A stretch of DNA of 58,349 bases from positions 1-58,349 of IMG/VR virus record IMGVR_UViG_3300009001_000013; one strand, 5' to 3'. Every line of letters starts with the position of its first letter. The stretch's first letter is position 1. Shown piece after piece: positions 53,201 through 58,349 of this stretch. Below the pieces are notes generated by a model. The model was not told the DNA's origin, made no database searches, and saw only the letters and a program-made list of their open reading frames with translations. A program made the position numbers and the translations under genes. The DNA is from a virus (Duplodnaviria > Caudoviricetes).

Positions 53201-55478
53201 CTCCAAAGTGCTTTACATACCGCTCATTGATAGGCTGAACGCCAGAGGGTCTGTTCCTGTCATCGTAATAAACAATGCCAAAGTCATGGGTTGCTCCAGC
53301 TTTAAACGAACTCACTGCCGCCCCATCGGTAGATATAATGTCAATCGTTGAATTCTGCAAGGTGTAGTTGGTCCAGTAAGAACGAATTGCCCCGTCATTA
53401 GCACTGTAGTCCCTTAGCCTGTAGCCGCTGCCATTTGTTTGAGTGCTGATGTTCGCGTTTACTTGTGACCCGCTGTACAAGTGGTAAGCAGCTAAATCCA
53501 GACACCCACCTCTTTGTTCCGCAGCATAGTCCGGGACGTTAACGTCGCTAGAGGCAACAAAATCGTTGCCGAGAACCTGACCGGTACCAGAGTTAGTATG
53601 GTAAGGCGCTATTACAGTGTCGGCAGAAAGCTCTACACCAAGACACCTTACCTTGCATGTGATTTTTTGTGTGCTTTCGTTGTAAGATGCTCCGTAAATG
53701 GCGAAGGTTCCAGTTCCAGACATCCAAGCAATAAGTCTGTCCTTACTATTTGAATCCGCGCTTGCTCCCTGATAGCCTGTAGTGCCTGCGAGCATTGCCG
53801 TAGCCCCTACCAATTGACCATAATCAAATTGCTCAGGAGTAAGACCAACTACAGCTGGCGAGGTGTTGTTGTTTAACTCACTAACCAATGCCTGCGCAAA
53901 TGACTCTACCGTAGTAAATGACCCTGTGGGGAATTGATGCACGAACTGACATGGTGAGGACATCACCAACCTTCCCACTGCCTGTTGGTCGCTGTCTGGG
54001 TCGAGAACAAAAAGGTTCTGACTGTGTATCTCATCCCCGTTTACATCGTATGTAGTAGCAGGTACAGTCAGTCTAGTTTGAGAGGCGCTACTATCTAAGT
54101 CTGCTGCGAATCCAATCTTGTCGCAGTTAAGGGTAATGTCTAAAGAGCATATGCCATTCGATGAAATGCCTTGAGTGGGGAACTCACTAAGGTCAATATC
54201 AAATGATATTCCGTCTGTAGTTGAGTCACCAAACCGAGCAGTGGTGTACTCGTTATTAAGATAGAATCCGCCTCTGGCTAGTGTGCCTCCGTAGAAAGCT
54301 CTTGCGTTTTCCCAGAACTGGTCTGACCCGGTACCTACATATTCAACCGTTTCGTTCATGGGCTCGTTGTTGACTATCTCAAAGTCAACCTCTGATGCCA
54401 CCTGAAGATTAGGGTGGTACACAGGATAATTGTAAACGTCTGTCTCAACAAGGTTATCAAAGCCCTCTAGATAGTTCCCATAAATTAACCTGCCATTCGA
54501 AACCGCTTGAGCTAATGCTGCCTTAGGCACTGCGTCGTACAGCTTATTGGATTCCTCAGCGGAAGCATACGAGTACACCTTGTCGTTTCGAAACAAGAAT
54601 GCTTGCTGCTCTTGGGTGGGGTCGTTCTTAAGCTCTTTAATTTTCTGCCAAGCCCCATCATTATTTCTTCGGGCAAACACGCGAATCTTATCGACGGGTC
54701 CATCAGAATTTGTTACGACAATCCTGAGCTCATTGTTGTATGACTCCAAGTAGTCAACCGCAGCTGAATTGAAAGCTAGGTTAGTATTGCTGACAGCTAG
54801 GCTGGAGTAAATAGACATGGCGCTTACCTCACCATCGTCATACACATATTGATAAGCGAACTGAAAGCAATTCTCTTTAAGGTGATTCGCCTTGACTGAG
54901 TTGTTAGTTTGAAACTGCCAAGTAATAACCTCTTGTGGCGGCTGCTTACATACCGTGAGGTACTTGTTCTTCTGCTCGTCAGTACCAGAGGTCATCAAGC
55001 TGTTGTAACCTCCGTATAGCAAGCGCGTAGCGTTTACCTTCCTTGGCTCGTTTCTGTTGTCAGTAAAGTACAACAAGTGCTCCTGAAACTGGTTGATGAC
55101 TACATCACCCTTCACAAATCCATCACGCTCGAAGTTGAGCACTGAGTCTTCGTAAAGCTTTACGTAGTTGTCATTGACAGAATCGTACCGATATATACCG
55201 TGGTTTAACTCAGAGTTGTACAGGAAGAAGTAGACGCACTTGCCTGCCTCGCAAGGAACAGCACCAATAACCCTATTGTCACCTGAGCTTGGGATAGCAT
55301 CCGCTGTTGTAGCAGCCGACACAGCTTCGTTACCTTCAACGTTCTTGACAACCCCTTGGTCACCACCATTCTCATGAGCCACGCGGATGTTAAGCGCATC
55401 CGTCATCTCAAATGGCTTTACCAACCTCTCATCTTCATCCTTGTTGAGGTATTGAGGGATAAGCTTTTCTGTCGCCAT
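50262..55478 (-). CDS. Tail nozzle/muzzle (stabilisation) protein
   Basis: LNKDEDERLV...DALNIR, LYFTDNRNEPRKVN, FQFAYQY.Y.DGE.S, GRLIYGNY, FGIVYYD, WLSFYSFNPE, NNFYG typical of crAss-like/P22 gp10-type nozzles. Confidence 0.8.
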   Translation of the reverse strand: MATEKLIPQYLNKDEDERLVKPFEMTDALNIRVAHENGGDQGVVKNVEGNEAVSAATTADAIPSSGDNRVIGAVPCEAGKCVYFFLYNSELNHGIYRYDSVNDNYVKLYEDSVLNFERDGFVKGDVVINQFQEHLLYFTDNRNEPRKVNATRLLYGGYNSLMTSGTDEQKNKYLTVCKQPPQEVITWQFQTNNSVKANHLKENCFQFAYQYVYDDGEVSAMSIYSSLAVSNTNLAFNSAAVDYLESYNNELRIVVTNSDGPVDKIRVFARRNNDGAWQKIKELKNDPTQEQQAFLFRNDKVYSYASAEESNKLYDAVPKAALAQAVSNGRLIYGNYLEGFDNLVETDVYNYPVYHPNLQVASEVDFEIVNNEPMNETVEYVGTGSDQFWENARAFYGGTLARGGFYLNNEYTTARFGDSTTDGISFDIDLSEFPTQGISSNGICSLDITLNCDKIGFAADLDSSASQTRLTVPATTYDVNGDEIHSQNLFVLDPDSDQQAVGRLVMSSPCQFVHQFPTGSFTTVESFAQALVSELNNNTSPAVVGLTPEQFDYGQLVGATAMLAGTTGYQGASADSNSKDRLIAWMSGTGTFAIYGASYNESTQKITCKVRCLGVELSADTVIAPYHTNSGTGQVLGNDFVASSDVNVPDYAAEQRGGCLDLAAYHLYSGSQVNANISTQTNGSGYRLRDYSANDGAIRSYWTNYTLQNSTIDIISTDGAAVSSFKAGATHDFGIVYYDDRNRPSGVQPINERYVKHFGESRPGNNNGKTEIDFRLIHEPPYWAKKWAPVYSKNTSYDKVLQVVVNEAATGKQTEFTDIRSSDGIKTRPILQGLEGGINGQVFISMRGLEGKSNSYRDFKGAKISYEFNEGDILRVLQYEDSNGVVQRPLHEFAITSYKYYQDDDQNPIRLADNSDGDDETNYRRSGWFLTVRDNNTPGFSRGDVLLGKDFFAQNCLVEICTPRKETPEESRIYYEVKKQYDIVEVGGVRTHAGDRSNSVAPTFDISILTATTFFSSQRLYLGDRIDTDLSTVFVDTIRPLENGQYAYTIAGSSFQIPGEFGTVSATLDATVGSANSIHKGVVTLTSGDVFLRIREQLSNPEDDYNPTGDSTITYKYNPTEPDNQLYRKWVIEDESVNDFFDSKAVSIGRPFVETPDQKEIRRHTAITYSAPFASDSSVLMLSSFNPVLYPYKDYNSKNGAVCYLIDKGEGIFTLQEKKVSSTPIGRQLIESAGDGMLVTSTNILGTETYFAGAFGPGLNPESVIERFGVTYFCDMDAGKVFALSSQGIEPISDKHMSSFFEGLFADLLLRDSTPRIPCGIDPENDELVVTTEAQDVNDIIVDGDAIGDLQKPPVNARVANPSGKVKPVYGSSNMMTWDKDPIKWNDANITESYLPEWDTLGESIMFIDKLTERGSVFVDPSKRTTTADARIDILTSDNKHRGVALINPADGSVSFPSSIIKIGDSTDSAVSITVTDGVDDDGHTLAYSTTKGFWLSFYSFNPEMYTNLHNRFFSFENGQMYRHNVNDTNNNFYGTQYDSMVELVSRQNPSTVKVYNAIGLEGDSNWDGTISNSSQTTNITAEMFENREGMRYTVIPKDVSDAASDSSGSNIIVLGEVDQLSGASLNQVRFKNRISNLPFGIGDEIRILSLNSTSTTGRVINKVLDRKTIQIDGSGVGLFGTTLIAVSNDEVNGDHMRDYYAKARLTNDSTDDVELYAVNMNYTPSPLHDDGQTSKQQ

Positions 55479-56284
55479 CAGTATTTAGGAGATTGCTTAA
55501 AGTTCTTACGGATAGTCTTGAGAGCTTCCTCTTGACTGAACGCCTTAAGTCTAGCGTTGGCCTTTCTTCTTTCGTTGTAGTACTCCTGTCGAGCTCTAGC
55601 CTTCTCGCCCATAGGTACGCTGGACTTACGTTCCACCAGCTTGTAATAGATGTATGAGCGAAGAGCTTCCTCCGCTTCGACGTGAACCGTTGGGTTAATA
55701 GACCGAGCCTCATCAGCTACGTATTCAATAACAAGGTCAGTAGCCTGCACACCTGACAGCTCAATCCTGTTCTGGTCGTCATTCAGTCTGTACTGACCCT
55801 CGTAGAAACCACCACCCAACCCATAAATCTGTCCGATGTTGTTCTGGTAGATGTAATTACTAAATACAATGTAGTCATCATCACCAAAGATTCCAGTCCC
55901 TGATGAAGCTGTCTTTGCATCTACTCTGTCGTATAAGCCATCACCGTCAGAGTCAATCGGGTTACCCGCTGCGTCTGTGTCATACTTCTGAGAGTAATTG
56001 ATGTTCTTGTTCTCGCCGAGGACATACACCAATCCGTCTTGCTTAGCTACCCCAACCTTGGTCAGGCTTACAAAGTCGTCCGGCAAGTCAACTGTATCGT
56101 TGGAGTTGATGGTGAGCTTGAGTGAACGAACCCGCTTCAGCATGTCAAACCCCATCTCTCTGATACCTCTCAGCGCGAAGTTTCGAACCACTACGTCAGA
56201 AGCATTGCTCACGTAGTCATCTGAGTCGAGGGTCAACACAAAGTCATTGACGACTTGGTCTACTGTTACTAGATTCCTTGCCAT
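55478..56284 (-). CDS. Tail ring / tubular protein
   Basis: LPDDFVSLTKVG, VIEYVAD, AEEALRSYI; directly upstream of the nozzle. Confidence 0.7.
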   Translation of the reverse strand: MARNLVTVDQVVNDFVLTLDSDDYVSNASDVVVRNFALRGIREMGFDMLKRVRSLKLTINSNDTVDLPDDFVSLTKVGVAKQDGLVYVLGENKNINYSQKYDTDAAGNPIDSDGDGLYDRVDAKTASSGTGIFGDDDYIVFSNYIYQNNIGQIYGLGGGFYEGQYRLNDDQNRIELSGVQATDLVIEYVADEARSINPTVHVEAEEALRSYIYYKLVERKSSVPMGEKARARQEYYNERRKANARLKAFSQEEALKTIRKNFKQSPKY

Positions 56285-56287
56285 CTA

Positions 56288-57025
56288 TTATCTCTTTTGT
56301 GATTGCGTTTCCGCGTAGGTAAAGATGTTGGAGTCACGCAGATTCACTCCGATAAGCCGAGCCATCTCCTCAATAATCTCTGGAGTGTAGTGTTCTGGTA
56401 ACTCAAAGTCTACACTAGTGCTTACGTCGTATGCCTCCTTGTTGTTGCTTGTAGTGAACCCAAACTTCGGAAGGGATACAGTCCTAGCGCCAGTAGAGGC
56501 ATCCAACCCTTCAGGCTGCTTGTAGTACCTGACCTTAATCTTCTTAATGCTCTGTGGATAGATTTCAATCTCATCGTCCAAGAAAGCTACAGGAGCTGTC
56601 TCGGTGGGTGCGCTAAGCTCGCTATTGAGAACGTACTGCAACTTCTCCTCATCGTACTCCACGGGGATTGTGATAGAGGTATTGACGCTAAGTAAGGCGG
56701 ACCCGTCAGTCATGACATTGATGATGCGGGCCAAGTCGTCTGGCTTGGCGAAGTGAGCGCCCGTAGTACGAGTGATGGTACCAGACGTCTTAGAGAATAA
56801 AGCCAAGTCTTCCTTGAGTTGTTTGGTTTCAGACTTATCACGGCCTGAGTCAATACCTCTTTTGCGCATGGCATTGGCATTCATCAATCTCTTGAAAAGA
56901 GCGTTGAACACGTTCATCTGCGCAATGGGAGCAAACGAGTTGAACTCTGTGGGAGTTACAAATCCTCGTTGGTCTTTATTTGCGATGTCTTTTAGTGCAT
57001 TGTAAACCTCTCGAACGCTTGCCAT
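56288..57025 (-). CDS. Head-tail adaptor / ring protein
   Basis: IANKDQRGFVTPTEFN..A..AQ, YYKQP, SVDFELP; position after the capsid genes. Confidence 0.7.
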   Translation of the reverse strand: MASVREVYNALKDIANKDQRGFVTPTEFNSFAPIAQMNVFNALFKRLMNANAMRKRGIDSGRDKSETKQLKEDLALFSKTSGTITRTTGAHFAKPDDLARIINVMTDGSALLSVNTSITIPVEYDEEKLQYVLNSELSAPTETAPVAFLDDEIEIYPQSIKKIKVRYYKQPEGLDASTGARTVSLPKFGFTTSNNKEAYDVSTSVDFELPEHYTPEIIEEMARLIGVNLRDSNIFTYAETQSQKR

Positions 57026-57042
57026 AGTTAGGGAATCTCCAG

Positions 57043-57050
57043 CAAATATA
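57043..57050 (-). promoter_or_regulatory. Bacteroidota -7 promoter element TATATTTG for the tail operon
   Basis: CAAATATA on the plus strand, just after the terminator and 17 nt before the ATG at 57025. Confidence 0.65.
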
Positions 57051-57051
57051 C

Positions 57052-57086
57052 AGAAAAAGAAAGGGGGGCTTATAAGCCTCCCCCTT
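57052..57086 (-). terminator. Rho-independent terminator
   Basis: AAGGGGGGCTT/AGCCTCCCCCTT stem followed on the minus strand by TCTTTTTCT. Confidence 0.75.
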
Positions 57087-57110
57087 CCCTAGTTTATGTA
57101 CGATAGACTG

Positions 57111-57941
57111 TTATGCTATGTCATCCAGCTGGCGTTCCAGCTCAGAAAGAACACTTGAACCTTTATCAGTCATAACAAATCTAGTCATTACTTCGATTTT
57201 GTCCTGACCGACAGGCACAGAAACTATCAACTTTCCAGTATCGAACCACACGACAGCTCCGCTGCGCTGCTCAATGACTTGAAAATCAAACGATTGTGCA
57301 ACAGTAGTTCTAGCCATTACCATCGGGCTGTCAATAAGTCCCATGAACTGTGCTGGATTGCGCTTGGCAGATTGAACCAAGGCTCTCTTGATAGAGAGGT
57401 CTGACTGGTTCGTGTTGATGTTGAGGGCCATAGCTATCGGAAGCAAGTCGTCAATACCCTTAGACTTGATGATTGAGATGGCATCAGTCACAGCAAATTC
57501 CGCTTCAAGCTCCAGCTCAGACCTCTTCTCATCGTTGGCCAGTTCAAAAACAGAACCTCCGTTAATCTTATTATCTGGATGTACGTCCAAGAAATGTTGA
57601 AGGTTAGGCTTGTCGTAAGGAACGGAGAGAATTTTGTTCTCGAACACTACGTGCTCAAGCTTTGAAATTTGCGATTGCTCGTCAACGTAGATTGAAGGCT
57701 CACCCGGACAGTAACGAATCTGCCTCACGGTTTGTTTTTCTTCGTCGTATACGTTTACGTTCTTGCATCTGAGCTTAAAGAAAATGCCTCCCTTGTTACC
57801 AATCATCTGGTAAACTTTTGGGATTCTCTTTCCGTCAGGTAGCTGTCTTTTGACTTTGGCTACTTTCTTTTCAGCTGCCGGTGCAGCATCGGGTGCTTTT
57901 TGTGGAGGTCTACCCGGTGACCTCTTAGTTGCCTGTGGCAT
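57111..57941 (-). CDS. Hypothetical protein following the major capsid gene
   Basis: 276 aa; RQIRYCPGEPSIYVDEQ, NLQHFLDVHPDN. Confidence 0.75.
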   Translation of the reverse strand: MPQATKRSPGRPPQKAPDAAPAAEKKVAKVKRQLPDGKRIPKVYQMIGNKGGIFFKLRCKNVNVYDEEKQTVRQIRYCPGEPSIYVDEQSQISKLEHVVFENKILSVPYDKPNLQHFLDVHPDNKINGGSVFELANDEKRSELELEAEFAVTDAISIIKSKGIDDLLPIAMALNINTNQSDLSIKRALVQSAKRNPAQFMGLIDSPMVMARTTVAQSFDFQVIEQRSGAVVWFDTGKLIVSVPVGQDKIEVMTRFVMTDKGSSVLSELERQLDDIA

Positions 57942-57959
57942 GTTGAATCGAATTTAATT

Positions 57960-58006
57960 AAACAGAGAAGTAATGAAGGGGAGAGCCATTCCCTCCCCCG
58001 CATTAC
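57960..58006 (-). terminator. Probable terminator after the capsid gene
   Basis: GTAATG..GGGGAG / CTCCCC..CATTAC stem followed on the minus strand by TTCTCTGTTT. Confidence 0.55.
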
Positions 58007-58015
58007 GTATCAGAA

Positions 58016-58349
58016 TTATGCAGCCTTAATCAACACGTGCTGGTTAGCAGCGCGAGTGACCAAGCAGCACTCAGAGCGGTAGTTGAACTTAGCCAAGTCC
58101 TGAGTGTCGTTGGTGAATCCGAGGACACCACCACCAGTTACCCAGTGCTCCATCTCACGGCTGTATCCGTTGGTAGCCTTGTAGTTCATCTCCAATGCAG
58201 GAGCCCTGTTACCAGAACGTGGGTCAACAACACTAGCGATTGGAATCATAACGCCGGAAGCAACTTGCTGTCCGATTGAAGTCTGTCCCAAGAGAGTTGG
58301 GTCATTCAACAATTTCCATGCATGCTTGTGGAAGGTGTAACCACCACGA
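58016..58349 (-). CDS. Major capsid protein, C-terminal fragment (5' truncated by the window end)
   Basis: Frame open to the edge: RGGYTFHKHAWKLLNDPT...NYRSECCLVTRAANQHVLIK, resembling the C-terminus of flavobacterial podovirus capsid proteins; followed by a terminator and ring genes. Confidence 0.75.
   Translation of the reverse strand, partial: RGGYTFHKHAWKLLNDPTLLGQTSIGQQVASGVMIPIASVVDPRSGNRAPALEMNYKATNGYSREMEHWVTGGGVLGFTNDTQDLAKFNYRSECCLVTRAANQHVLIKAA

Noticed and set aside
1-58349. Stop-codon reassignment as in some crAss-like phages
   Set aside because: Very long genes are intact in the standard code, TAG, TGA and TAA all end genes, and there is no suppressor tRNA.

Overview
The window is most, probably nearly all, of a circularly permuted tailed dsDNA phage genome of the podovirus type that infects Bacteroidota (Flavobacteria). 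Its morphogenesis module resembles those of crAss-like/Cellulophaga-type phages. Two arms diverge from a non-coding stretch at ~19.6-20.3 kb. The minus strand (19592->1 and 58349->35447) carries packaging and structural genes: TerS, TerL, portal, GroES-like protein, SLT, a fibre cluster, the capsid C-terminus, ring proteins, nozzle, ejected proteins including a 3309-aa polyvalent protein, a DUF5675/holin lysis pair and a secreted M43 metalloprotease. Several of these genes sit behind canonical Bacteroidota TAnnTTTG promoters. The plus strand (20310->35412) carries small early genes, ArdC, SSAP/exonuclease/SSB, tRNA-Arg(UCU), primase-helicase, three nucleases and a class II ribonucleotide reductase. 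I recognise no DNA polymerase, integrase, sigma factor, RT or CRISPR array. The most striking unexplained structure is a second, non-housekeeping bipartite motif, CACAATAA-N14/15-CGTT(N)3ACTRTAGAAA. It occurs nine times in front of early genes, with a tenth degenerate copy before an isolated plus-strand secreted-protein gene. Three copies carry an identically spaced upstream TTAAC box, and candidate structured RNAs lie between them, including a tRNA-like element without D or anticodon arms. All family calls come from motif recognition by eye; no database searches were run.
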